Assembly: GCA_965206645.1 (NCBI GenBank)
Contig: CBDBKE010000003.1
Span: 640,001 to 704,000 of the forward strand
Length of the DNA: 64,000 nt
Direction of reading: 5' to 3'
DNA from: Terriglobia bacterium
GTDB lineage: Bacteria; Acidobacteriota; Terriglobia; JAJPHL01; JAPKYU01
The notes under the pieces were generated by a model. The model was not told where the DNA came from. It saw only the letters and a program-made list of their open reading frames with translations, and did no database searches. Each line of letters begins with the position of its first letter. Position 1 is the first letter of the stretch. The position numbers and the translations under genes were made by a program. Shown here piece after piece: positions 9,537-19,823 of the stretch.

Positions 9537-11122
9537 AGAAAGCCGCCTCCCACGTCAGCCACCATCTCTGCCGGCGCCACATCAGCCAAGATGAAGGGCT
9601 GATCTTTGAGCGCTCCTCGCCGGGCAAGCACGCCTGGCAGTTGCCGGCGCTGGAGGTGCCGGAGGTGGATCCGGTCGCGATGCTGGGTCAGGCCAATGTG
9701 CGGGCCGAAATTGCCGACTTCCCCGAGGTCAGCGAGGTGGAACTGGTGCGCCACTTCACTCGCCTCTCAAGCTGGAACTACGGGGTGGAAACGGGACTCT
9801 ACCCGCTGGGTTCCTGCACCATGAAGTACAACCCGAAGGTCAATGAAGTGGTGGCGCGTCTGGAAGGTCTTGCTGACCAGCACCCCTATCAGCCCGATGA
9901 GCTGGCCCAGGGCTGCTTGAAGATCCTGCGGCAGCTCTCCACTTACCTGCTGGAAATCACCGGTATGGATGCGGTGACGTTGCAGCCGGCTGCCGGCGCC
10001 CAGGGCGAGCTGACGGGCATCCTGCTGGTGCGCGCCTATCTTGAAGCGCAGGGGAACCCACGAAAGAAAATCCTGATCCCGGATTCGGCGCACGGAACCA
10101 ATCCGGCGACGGCATCGATAGCCGGGTACACGGTCGAGAACGTCCGCTCCAACGGTGACGGCCGCGTGGATCTGGAAGCGCTCGAGAAAGCTGTCACCGA
10201 ACAGGTTGCGGCGCTGATGATCACCAACCCCAACACGCTGGGGATTTTTGAACAGCAGATCGCCTCCATTGCTGATCTGCTGCATGCCCGGGGCGCCCAG
10301 CTCTACATGGACGGCGCCAACATGAATGCTCTGCTGGGCAAGACCCGTCCTGGCGACTTCGGGGTGGACGTGATGCACCTGAACCTGCACAAGACCTTTT
10401 CCACCCCGCACGGCGGCGGCGGTCCCGGGGCCGGCCCGGTTTGCGTGAAGAAACACCTGGAGCCGTACCTGCCGGTGCCGGTTCTGGAAGAAGGGCCGCA
10501 TGGCCGGCTGCGCCTGAACCACCAGCGGCCCAACTCCATTGGGCGGGTGCGCGCCTTCGCGGGCAACTTTGGCGTGCTGGTGCGCGCCCTGGCTTATGTT
10601 CTGGCGCACGGCGGCAACGGCCTCAGGGCGGTAGCTGAAGACGCCGTGCTCAACGCCAACTACATCCGCAGGCACCTGGAGGACGTTTACGAGCTGACGT
10701 ACCGCCAGGCGTCGCTCCACGAGTGCGTCTTCAGCGACCGGCTCCAGGCGCGCCACGGCGTGCGTACCGGCGACATCGCCAAGCGCCTCATTGATTACGG
10801 CTTTCACCCCTACACCGTCAGCTTCCCGCTGATCGTTCAGGGCGCGCTGATGATCGAGCCGACGGAAACCGAGAGCAAGCAGGAGCTGGATTTCTTCATT
10901 GAGGCGATGCGCGCGATCGCCCGTGAGGCGGAAGAAGAACCGGAGACGGTGCGCAACGCGCCGCACGCTACCCGGGTGGGCCGCCTGGACGAAGTGGCGG
11001 CCGCGCGCCGGCCCATCCTGCGCTGGAAACCGCAGCTGCCCGTCGCCCAGAGCCCCGTGACCGAGCCCGACGCCACCGAACAGCAACAGCCGGAGGAATT
11101 GACCGCAAGAAAATCTCCCTAG
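9533..11122 (+). CDS. gcvPB: Glycine dehydrogenase subunit 2
   Basis: PLGSCTMKYNP, PLP site HLNLHKTFSTPHGGGGPG. Confidence 0.96.
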   Translation: MKKAASHVSHHLCRRHISQDEGLIFERSSPGKHAWQLPALEVPEVDPVAMLGQANVRAEIADFPEVSEVELVRHFTRLSSWNYGVETGLYPLGSCTMKYNPKVNEVVARLEGLADQHPYQPDELAQGCLKILRQLSTYLLEITGMDAVTLQPAAGAQGELTGILLVRAYLEAQGNPRKKILIPDSAHGTNPATASIAGYTVENVRSNGDGRVDLEALEKAVTEQVAALMITNPNTLGIFEQQIASIADLLHARGAQLYMDGANMNALLGKTRPGDFGVDVMHLNLHKTFSTPHGGGGPGAGPVCVKKHLEPYLPVPVLEEGPHGRLRLNHQRPNSIGRVRAFAGNFGVLVRALAYVLAHGGNGLRAVAEDAVLNANYIRRHLEDVYELTYRQASLHECVFSDRLQARHGVRTGDIAKRLIDYGFHPYTVSFPLIVQGALMIEPTETESKQELDFFIEAMRAIAREAEEEPETVRNAPHATRVGRLDEVAAARRPILRWKPQLPVAQSPVTEPDATEQQQPEELTARKSP

Positions 11123-11171
11123 CCCGCAGTCTTCTAGTGTCGCGCCCCAGAAATTCGCTACAAAAGTTCAT

Positions 11172-11241
11172 GACCACTCGCTCACGCTCGTGGCTCGGAA
11201 GCGCGTTGGAAATACAGAGCCGCGCGCGTCAGCAAGCGGTC
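11172..11241. repeat. REP/REPIN-like inverted doublet downstream of gcvPB
   Basis: GACCACTCGCTCACGCTCGTGGCTC ... GAGCCGCGCGCGTCAGCAAGCGGTC form an inverted pair. Confidence 0.6.
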
Positions 11242-11481
11242 CCACAAGCACACAAACATAGGCAACGTTCTTCCGGGACATAACACCAGCAGCTTTGTTT
11301 TTCATCTCGCAAAATGCCGCGCGGGAGGCGCTGAAACCAAGTAAACTGAAAAAAGAACCTGGAATTTCAGGCTTTGGGCAGGCGGCTTCTGGTGGGAGCA
11401 ATGCCGAGGCGGTCAAGCCCGGCTTGGCAGAAGATTTCGACGGCACGCAGCATTGTTGCGAAATCGGGCTGCAAGATCGGC

Positions 11482-14418
11482 ATGAACAAACTGGGACAAT
11501 CAACAATCCTTCCGATTTGCCTGGTCCTGGCAGCCATCTTGATTGCCCAGAACCCGCCGGTGCAACCCCCGGGCTCGGCCGATTCGGCGCAGGGCGAGAC
11601 GCCTGCGGCCTCGGCTCCCAAGCGCGCCGGAACCACGGATGCAGCACGGCTGGAAGCAGTGGAGGAGTTGTCCGAATCTTTGGCCAACGACCTATTGGAT
11701 CTGTCGCTCGCCGTGCGGGATCGGGAGGCGGAGCGAGTGGCCGAGTACGTTCCAGCCCAGTTGTCGGCTACCGCCTTCTGGTCCACTCCGCTGCCGGTTA
11801 TGAAGGAAGTGAGATGGGTCGCCAGGCACGGATGGACGGCGGATGATCACAGTTCCGGGCACTCCTCGCAACGCAGCGCGCGCTCCCGCGCGGTGAAACA
11901 CCGCATGCCCAGGGAGGAGTTCTTGGGGGCGTTGTTCGCCTTCCTGGATCACTTCCAGGAGATCGAAGACGCGCGCTTCAAGGTGTCGGGAGCCCAATTC
12001 GCTGATTCGGCTGATGTCGAGATGGAGGCGAATGTTCCCACCGCCAAAGTGGGTTCCGAAGGAACAGCACGCCTGAAGTTTTACCTGGTGGGCCGCGACA
12101 CTGACGGGCAGCGCGAGTGGACGCGGGGAGCGGCCGGGGTCGCGGTCCGTCGGGCGGCCAACGGGCGTTGGCAGTTTGAATCGTTCGAACTGCTGAGCCT
12201 GGATTCCATGCTGGCCACCACCGATCTGTTCTCGGAAGTCTCCGTGCCGGTCGGCGTGGCCGCCAGCCTGCCTTCTTTTGCGGAGCGGGGAGGACCCAGC
12301 TTCGCCTGGTACGGGGCGGCGGCCGGGGATTTCAATCTTGACGGCTGGATCGATCTGTTCGTGACCTCGCCGGATCGCAATTATCTTTACTTGAACGACG
12401 CACAGGGCCGGTTCCGTGACGCCTCCCTGGAAGCGGGCGTGGAGCTGCTCGACCGCGGGGTGGCGCCCCTGGTTCTCGATTACGACAATGACGGCGATTC
12501 CGACGTGTTCCTCTCCTCGGTTGGGCACCAGATGCTTTTGGAGAACCGGCAGGTGCCGGACGGGAAGCTGGAACTTCGCGATGTTTCCTGGAAAGCCGGG
12601 GTGGGCCGGCAGGCGATAGGGTTCAGCGCCGTGGCTGGGGACGTGAACGGCGACGGGTATACCGACATCTACGTTGCCTGCTACAACCACTTCGGCCGGG
12701 TGACGCCGGATTCCTGGTACCGGGCCACCAATGGCACGCCGAACTTGCTGTACATCAATCAGGGCGATGGCACCTTCCGCGAGGAAGCGGCCCGCTGGGG
12801 CGTGGATGACCGGCGCTGGAGTTACGCAGCCGCCTTCGCTGACGTCAACAGGGACGGGCGCCTGGACCTGTACGTGGCCAACGACTTTGGCGAAAACGCC
12901 CTGTTCATCCACCACGGAGACAAGTTCGTGAATGAGGCGCGGGAGCGCGGCGTTGTGGACCCCGGCAACGGCATGGGCGTCTCCTTCGGCGATTACGACA
13001 ACGACGGAGAGCTCGATCTGCACGTCACCAACATGTCCTCGACCGCAGGCAACCGCATCGTGTCGCGGCTGTTTCCCGGCGCTGGCGCCGGGAACAACGT
13101 GTACCGGAAGCTGGCCTCCGGCAACAACCTGTATCGGAATGCCGGCAACGGCTACTACCGGGACGTGACCGCCGAGAGCGCTGGCTTCTCCGGCGGATGG
13201 GCCTGGGGGGGGGGGTTCCTCGACTTCGATAACGATGGCTGGGAGGATCTGCTGACCCCCAATGGGTTCCTCTCCGGCAGTTCCATGAAGGACACCTGAA
13301 GTCAGTTCTGGCGTCAGGTCGTGGCGCAAGACAAGAATCCGAAACAGGGGCAGGGCGCGCTCCGTGCCGACCAAATGCGCCTGATCGCCCAACAGGGATT
13401 CTCATTTAGCGGGTACGAACGCGATCTGCTCTCCCTGAACCTGGGCACGGGCAAGTATTTGGACGTCTCCGGAATCTCTGGAATTGACTCGATTAGCGAT
13501 GGCCGCGCGGCGGTGTTTGCCGATTTCGATAACGACGGCGATCTGGACGTGTTTCTAACCACCATCCAAGGGGAAGCACACCTGCTGTTTCGCAACAATA
13601 TCGGGCAGGCGAATAACTTCCTGCGGATCGTGTTGGAAGGCAGCCGGGAGCTGGGCCGCGACGCCTATGGGGCTGTGGTCCGCCTGCGGACCTCAGCCGG
13701 GACGATGACCAAGATCAAAAGCGGCGGCTCAGGCTTCATCGCGCAGCATGACCCGCGCCTGCTATTCGGGCTGGGGTCGGAGGAGCGTGCCGAATGGATC
13801 GAGGTGTCCTGGCCCAATGGGGAAGTCGAGCGATTCCAGGCCGACGCCCGGGCCGGCTCGACGCTGCTGCTGCGCGCCGGAGCCGGGCGCGCCGAAGTGC
13901 TCGCGCTCGGCCGCGCCCAACTGCCTGATCCGCTCACCCGCGCGGAAACCTTTGCCCGCAAGCTGAAGATCAGCGTGGGCAAACCCATGCCCGATCTGGC
14001 TCTGAAAACCTTGGACGGAGAGGCAACTTCCCTCTACAAGCAGCTCCGCCCGGGCCGCCGGGCGCTCATCAATGTCTGGGCCACCTGGTGCGCGCCCTGC
14101 ATCCTGGAGATGCCGGAGCTGGAAAAACTCCGGCCGCAGCTTTCGGCCAGCGGGGTCGACTTGATCGGCCTCAACGTGGATACCGAACCCGACGCCGACA
14201 TCGGCCGGTTTGTAGCCGACACCGGCATCAGCTATCCGATCTATATCGGTGGGATTCCGGCTGTCGAACAGTTGTATGCTTCCGATGAACTCTCCGTGCC
14301 GTTGTCGGTTCTGCTGGACGAGAACGGCGCCGTAGCCGAAGTGATTCCCGGCTGGTCCGAGGAAACCCGCCGCCGCTTCTCTGCGCTGGCCGGCAACCAA
14401 GCCAGCGACGGGACGTAA
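11482..14418 (+). CDS. Predicted exported selenoprotein (~978 aa): NTF2-like region + FG-GAP/CRTAC1 propeller + Sec at codon 606 + ASPIC/UnbV + TlpA thioredoxin
   Basis: In-frame TGA 13297-13299 (MKDT*SQFWRQVVAQ); six DxDxDG blades before it and a seventh after; SECIS-like hairpin; C-terminal NVWATWCAPC. Confidence 0.8.
13205..13215 (+). repeat. G11 homopolymer inside the coding sequence (W-G-G-G)
   Basis: TGG GGG GGG GGG TTC. Confidence 0.85.
13307..13331 (+). promoter_or_regulatory. Bacterial SECIS-like stem-loop
   Basis: TCT-G-GCGTCA-[GGTCG]-TGGCGC-A-AGA; the loop starts 17 nt after the UGA and begins with G; CAGGUC also occurs in the E. coli fdhF SECIS. Confidence 0.75.
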
Positions 14419-14449
14419 CCTCTCTCTTGCCTCCCCGGTAAAAAAGAAC

Positions 14450-14481
14450 TTGACAAGCTGGATCACAATATGTATATACAT
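14450..14481 (+). promoter_or_regulatory. Sigma70 promoter overlapped by a palindromic MarR-type operator
   Basis: TTGACA (14450)-17 bp-TATATA; perfect palindrome ATGTATATACAT at 14470-14481. Confidence 0.65.
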
Positions 14482-14487
14482 CTAACT

Positions 14488-14955
14488 ATGGCTGCCGAGA
14501 CGGTAAGGGAACGGCAGAAGGGCCTGCCAGGGCTGCTGCCGCTGCCCTGCGCCTGCGCCAACCTGCGCCGGGCCGCGCGGGCTGTGACGCAGCTTTATGC
14601 CGAGGAGTTTCGACCCATCGGACTGGAGCCGACGCAGTTCACCTCGCTGATGGCGCTGGAGACCTGGGGGGAACTCACCCAGGGCCAACTGGCCGAGAGA
14701 CTGGCCATTGACAGCACCACGCTGACCCGTACGCTAGCCCCTTTGCGCCGCCGCGGTTGGATCCAGGCCAGGCCCGGCCCGGACCAGCGCGAGCGCCGCT
14801 TGCGGCTGACACCAGCCGGCCGCCGACAGCTTGCACGTGTCCGCCCATATTGGGAACGGGCGCAGCGGCGCCTGCGCCGAACCCTGGGCGAAGACGGCTG
14901 GAACCGGCTGCAAGCCGGTTTGGTCGACGTGACACGAGCAGTGCAGAGGGCATGA
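14488..14955 (+). CDS. MarR family transcriptional regulator
   Basis: CACANLRRAARAVTQLY, IDSTTLTRTL, DQRERRLRLTPAG. Confidence 0.9.
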   Translation: MAAETVRERQKGLPGLLPLPCACANLRRAARAVTQLYAEEFRPIGLEPTQFTSLMALETWGELTQGQLAERLAIDSTTLTRTLAPLRRRGWIQARPGPDQRERRLRLTPAGRRQLARVRPYWERAQRRLRRTLGEDGWNRLQAGLVDVTRAVQRA

Positions 14956-15005
14956 TTTTTTTGCGACATATAGATGTATGCGCATCCTATTTCCGAGAGG
15001 CAACG

Positions 15006-16346
15006 ATGCAACTAGCCGAACATCCGACAGTGAAGCAGTTCCAGAAAAACCAGGCGGCAGGTGTGCTGCCGACTCGCCCGGCGAAGATCGAAGCAGCGTG
15101 GCTGCAGGGGCTCTGCCAGGAGGCCGGCGCCGAGGAGGTGGGTTTTGTCGAGCTCGATCGAGAGAAAATCGCGGATCAGCGAGACGATATTCGGGCCGCC
15201 TTTCCCCGCGCCAGGACGCTGATCAGTTTTGTTCTGCGAATGAACCGGGAGAATGTGCGGAGCCCGGCTCGCTCGATTGCCAACCTGGAGTTCCACCATA
15301 CGGGCGACGAGGTGAACGAAGTTGCCCGGCGGATCGTGGCGGCGCTGGAGCGGGAAGGGGTGCGTGCAATGAACGGGGCGATGGGTTTTCCCATGGAAAT
15401 GGACCGCTGGCCCGGCAAGCTCTGGGTGGTGTCGCACAAGCCGGTGGCGGTGGCCGCCGGTTTAGGCCGGATGGGGATTCACCGTAACGTGATTCACCCC
15501 AAGTTCGGCAATTTCATTCTGCTGGGCACGGTGGTCACCGATGCGGAGGTGAGCGAGTACTCCCGGCCCATCGACTACAACCCCTGCCTGGAATGCAAGC
15601 TGTGTGTTTCGGCCTGCCCGACCGGGGCGATCGGTCCCGACGGGCATTTCAACTTCGCGGCCTGCTATACGCACAACTATCGGGAGTTCATGGGCGGATT
15701 CACCGACTGGGTGGAAAACGTCGCCGACAGCAAGAACGCCCAGCAGTACCGAGAGAAGGTCAGCGACCCGGAAACCGTCTCGCTGTGGCAGAGTCTGGGG
15801 TTCGGGCCCAACTACAAGGCCGCCTACTGTCTCTCGGTCTGTCCTGCCGGCGAAGATGTGATTGCACCGTTTCTCACCGAGCGGAAGCAGTTCCTCGAGG
15901 ACGTCGTGAAACCTCTGCAGAGCAAGCCAGAAACGGTCTACGTACGACCCGGTTCCGATGCCGTGGCGTACGTGCAGCGACGTTTTCCTCACAAGAAACT
16001 CAAGGCAGTGGGCAACGGCCTGCGGCCTCTGTCCATCGCGCAGTTCCTGGACGGACTGGGCTTCACCTTCGAGCGGGGTCAGTCGGAAGGCCTCGATGCC
16101 ACCTATCACTTCACCTTCACCGGTGAGGAGGAGCGCAAGGCCACAGTGACCATTCGCCACAAGACGCTGCGCGTCGAGGACGGGCACGTGGGAAAAGCGG
16201 ACCTCCGTCTTCAGGCTGACAGTCGCACCTGGCTCGGGTTTCTCGCCAAAGAGCGGAACCTGGTGTGGGCTTTGCTCAGCCGCAAGATTCGGCTCAAAGG
16301 GTCACCACGACTGTTGGTAGCATTCGGGAAGTGCTTCCCTTCTTAG
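15006..16346 (+). CDS. QueG/reductive-dehalogenase-like 4Fe-4S protein with C-terminal SCP2 lipid-binding domain
   Basis: SHKPVAVAAGLGRMG...HPKFGNFILLGTVVTD, CLECKLCVSACP, YCLSVCP; SCP2-like tail (YHFTFTGE...KIRLKGS); SD GAGAGG before ATG 15006. Confidence 0.8.
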   Translation: MQLAEHPTVKQFQKNQAAGVLPTRPAKIEAAWLQGLCQEAGAEEVGFVELDREKIADQRDDIRAAFPRARTLISFVLRMNRENVRSPARSIANLEFHHTGDEVNEVARRIVAALEREGVRAMNGAMGFPMEMDRWPGKLWVVSHKPVAVAAGLGRMGIHRNVIHPKFGNFILLGTVVTDAEVSEYSRPIDYNPCLECKLCVSACPTGAIGPDGHFNFAACYTHNYREFMGGFTDWVENVADSKNAQQYREKVSDPETVSLWQSLGFGPNYKAAYCLSVCPAGEDVIAPFLTERKQFLEDVVKPLQSKPETVYVRPGSDAVAYVQRRFPHKKLKAVGNGLRPLSIAQFLDGLGFTFERGQSEGLDATYHFTFTGEEERKATVTIRHKTLRVEDGHVGKADLRLQADSRTWLGFLAKERNLVWALLSRKIRLKGSPRLLVAFGKCFPS

Positions 16347-16423
16347 CAAGCCGGAGAGGGGCAAGCAGGATCAGGTAGCCGAAAGGGAGAGCGGGAACGT
16401 CTGAACGATGAAAGGAGTTCGCT

Positions 16424-16828
16424 ATGGAGTCGGAACCGCGGGCGATGGGCAAAACGAGGGCGAGCCTCTTCTACCTCGTCGGGTATCTGACCGTTGGAGG
16501 CATCGCGCTGCTGATTGCCCCACAAAAAGCGATGGACCTGTTGCTCGCGACCGGCTCCTACGCCGACTTGATGCTCCGCATCATGGGGACGTTCATGCTC
16601 GCCCTTGCCGTGATTGTTACGCAGATTATTCGTACTCGCGCCAGCCAGCTGTATAGTACGACGCTGATCGTCCGATGCCTGATCCTGACGATGTTTGTCG
16701 CCTTCTATTTGACCTACCGCGACCCGTTCCTGCTGGTCTTGACCGCGATCGTTGGATTGGGGCTTGCTTTCACTTCCACGGCTTTCATCGTCGACCGCAG
16801 AAAGACCGCGCACAAGGTGGCTCAATAG
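16424..16828 (+). CDS. Small membrane protein, about 4 TM segments
   Basis: Hydrophobic ORF with SD AAAGGAG, last gene of the MarR operon. Confidence 0.7.
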   Translation: MESEPRAMGKTRASLFYLVGYLTVGGIALLIAPQKAMDLLLATGSYADLMLRIMGTFMLALAVIVTQIIRTRASQLYSTTLIVRCLILTMFVAFYLTYRDPFLLVLTAIVGLGLAFTSTAFIVDRRKTAHKVAQ

Positions 16829-17366
16829 CTGATCGAGGCGGTCCGAAAGCAGCAGCCAGATGAGGCCCATCTAGTACAGGTGGTTGCCTGGGCCAGTTTC
16901 GCCGCGACGCGCCGCATTTCCCAGTGGCTGCATTCGCCCGGCGCCTAGCAGCTCAAGAACCGTATTGCAAGTTCTGGGAAGGGCTGGTGGTGGGTCAGTT
17001 TCCGGAAAGGGCGTTATACGTCCAAGTGGCGCACTGCTGAGCGGGTGGGAGGTATAATTGCTCGCGGATCAGCGTTTTGTTAGAGTTTGTTATTATGTTC
17101 CACAGTTATTACTACATTTCCCTTTTTGTGCCCTTTATCGACATACTGGTGAGCCTCGGCAGTCTGTTCCAACGGATAGAATCTATCTATGACTGGTTTT
17201 ATCTTTCCCGCCTCAGCAAGCTCTTTGAGAAAGATTAGATCTTTGGTCTTTTCGCCTGCTGGCCTCAAACCTGTGAACGTAATCATTGCCCTTTTGCTGC
17301 CGATCTTTGAAGTCCATAACATTTGAAATAGAATTGCCAGGGTGAGGACAGTTGAAAGATAGACCC

Positions 17367-18595
17367 GGTGGTCTCAACCCATCGACGCAACACTTTGCCT
17401 TGAAAGGAGGAGGTGGAGTGTATGCGGATGAAGCAAAGAGCTCGTCGCGGTTACACGCTGGCGGAACTGGAGGAGGTGTGGGATCGGTGGAAACGAGGGG
17501 AGTCGCTCAAGTCGATTGGACGAGTGTTTTGTAAGCAGCCATCGTCTGTTTACCATCAGCTTGCTCCGTACGGAGGCATCCGTCCTCGGCCACCACGCCG
17601 TTCATGTTGGGCACTGACGTTGTCGGAGCGCGAAGAGATCTCTCGAGGCATTGCGGCACATCAATCGATACGATCCATCGCCGGGTTGCTGGGTCGCTCA
17701 CCATCGACGGTGAGCCGGGAGATTCGGCGGAATGGCGGCGATAATGACTATCGAGCAGCGGAGGCCGATGAGCAAGCCGGGGAGAGGGCCCGCCGGCCGA
17801 AGCGGTGTCAGCTGGTCAAGCATCCACAACTACGACGGGTAGTGGCCAGAAAGCTCAGCATAAACTGGTCGCCTGAGCAGATCGCCAGCTGGCTGAAACG
17901 AGCCTATCCGAAGGATCCGTCCTATCACGTGTCTCACGAGACCATCTACCGCAGCCTGTTTGTTCAAGCCCGCGGTGCGCTGAAGGCAGAGCTGATGCAG
18001 CATCTGCGGTCAAAGCGGACGATTCGTCGATCCCGACATGCAAGTCTGAGAGGCCATGGACGAGGACAGATCACCGACATCGTATCGATCCGTGAGCGCC
18101 CGGCCTCGGTCGAAGATCGTGCCGTGCCCGGTCATTGGGAAGGCGATCTGCTGTCCGGATCGAAGAACAGCCACATTGCGACTCTGGTCGAACGTCATAC
18201 GCGCTACGTGATGCTTACGAAAGTATCCAGCAAGAAAACGGAGACGGTCGTGTCGGCGCTCATCAAGCACGCGAAGAAGCTGCCGACGGAACTGTACAAA
18301 TCTCTGACTTGGGATCGAGGCCTGGAGCTCGCCGAGCATCGACGGTTCACGTTGGCGACCGACATTGACGTATACTTCTGTGATCCTCAGAGTCCATGGC
18401 AGCGCGGTTCGAATGAGAACACCAACGGTCTACTTCGACAGTACTTCCCCAAGGGAACGGACTTGTCGGTGCACTCTCAGGCGCATCTGAACAAGGTGGC
18501 ACGTCAGCTGAACGAACGGCCCCGTCAGACGCTGGAGTTTGAAACTCCGGCAGAACGATTTAACGCTTGTGTTGCATCGACCGGTTGAGCTGGCA
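17367..18595 (+). mobile_element. IS30 family element, copy 1 (1229 bp)
   Basis: 27-bp imperfect IRs (GGTGGTCTCAACCCATCGACGCAACAC / TGCCAGCTCAACCGGTCGATGCAACAC), 2-bp TSD CC. Confidence 0.93.
17428..18588 (+). CDS. IS30 family transposase
   Basis: WSPEQI, SHETIY, GHWEGDL, TWDRGLE, SPWQRGSNENTNGLLRQYFPKG. Confidence 0.95.
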   Translation: MKQRARRGYTLAELEEVWDRWKRGESLKSIGRVFCKQPSSVYHQLAPYGGIRPRPPRRSCWALTLSEREEISRGIAAHQSIRSIAGLLGRSPSTVSREIRRNGGDNDYRAAEADEQAGERARRPKRCQLVKHPQLRRVVARKLSINWSPEQIASWLKRAYPKDPSYHVSHETIYRSLFVQARGALKAELMQHLRSKRTIRRSRHASLRGHGRGQITDIVSIRERPASVEDRAVPGHWEGDLLSGSKNSHIATLVERHTRYVMLTKVSSKKTETVVSALIKHAKKLPTELYKSLTWDRGLELAEHRRFTLATDIDVYFCDPQSPWQRGSNENTNGLLRQYFPKGTDLSVHSQAHLNKVARQLNERPRQTLEFETPAERFNACVASTG

Positions 18596-19044
18596 CCCTC
18601 TTTGCTTTAGCGAGCCTTTACAACGTGAAAATGAACTCTTGCCTACTGCGTCACAAATGATGTCATAGGTTTCACCGCTTTGGGCAAAATCCTCTTTAGT
18701 GTAATCAATGACCTTATCGGCTCCCAGAGACTTCACCAATTCCACATTCGTGGTATTGCATACCCCGGTGACTTCCGCCCCGAAGTGCTTAGCAAGCTGC
18801 ACGGCAGAAGTACCTACCGATCCAGAAGCGCCATTGATTAGGACTTTTTGTCCGCGCCGAATCTTCCCGGTATCTCTTAGGAAAGGCAGTGATGTTAATC
18901 CTCCACCACAGACGCTCGCGGCTTCACCGTAGGTCATATTGGCCGGCTTCAATGCCAGCGCCCCCTCTTCAAGCAGACATACGTACTCGGCATGAGCGCC
19001 AAAAGTGGCAGCGCTAGCTGCAAACACCTGGTCACCTTCTTTAA

Positions 19045-19823
19045 TCTCTTTTCCCATTCTTTGCTGGCGCTCAATCTCGGGCAACAGGAGTTTCTCCCAA
19101 CCCTCGGCACTGTGCACGTTGCCCGGACGGAGCTGGGCCGCCAGACAGTCGCCGTCTCGATTGAACAAAAGCAGCGGGTGATAGCAAGTGGACTCAAAGT
19201 GTCCGTTGTAGGCGCTCTGTTCCTGCTCCCCGTAGACCGGAATCTCGGTTGAGTCCATATCCAGCACCGCTCGGTAGTGCCACTGGAAGGCTTCGACCTT
19301 TCCGATCAGTTCCCGGTTGATCCGGGCTAACCCGACGAAGTTCTCCACCTTCGCCAGCATCTCCGTCTCGAAAGTTTGCAACCTGGAGGTCAGCGCCGCG
19401 CCTCGTTCCCAAGTCTTCTCTGAACCAATCGGCCGAAAGGTCGGGTCTTGCGACAGCCGCTCGGCATCATTGACATCCTCGTATCCAGCTAGGCAACTGT
19501 AGACCGACTGCCGCAGCAAGTCCGCGAAAGCAAACCGAGCATTGTTTGCCCGCGAATCGGTCAGGTGCGCGTCAATGAGTTCGCTGAATCCCAGACGCTC
19601 ATCCAACTCCCGGACCAGAATCAGTCCGCCATTGGAAGTCACTCGTGATCCCTGAAACCCGACTCGCAGAAATTGGTTGAACGACAGCTGGAATCCCTGT
19701 TTTCCGCTCTCACCCATTGGGTTTACGCCTCCGAACGCTCCGATTGATGCTGCAACCAGTATCAATATTGACGTTGGAGGTTAGCTGAAGGTTGCCGCTG
19801 CGTTTTCAAAAAGGAAATCCGGG
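19045..19823 (-). mobile_element. Truncated IS1380 (first 779 bp) with an intact 5-bp TSD
   Basis: IRL CCCGGATTTCCTTTTTG; near-identical to 44912-45690; TTTAA at 19040-19044 and 19824-19828. Confidence 0.9.

Noticed and set aside
13321-14418. Independent ASPIC/TlpA gene starting at GTG 13321
   Set aside because: The GTG lies within the SECIS-like hairpin, has no clear SD or signal peptide, and the ORF would carry an orphan propeller blade; readthrough explains it better.
14757-15005. 83-aa N-terminal extension of the QueG-like ORF
   Set aside because: Overlaps marR; a good SD supports ATG 15006.
18560-19765. 401-aa transposase-dehydrogenase fusion ORF
   Set aside because: Chance in-frame junction of the truncated IS1380 with the middle piece of the broken dehydrogenase; it ends inside IS30.
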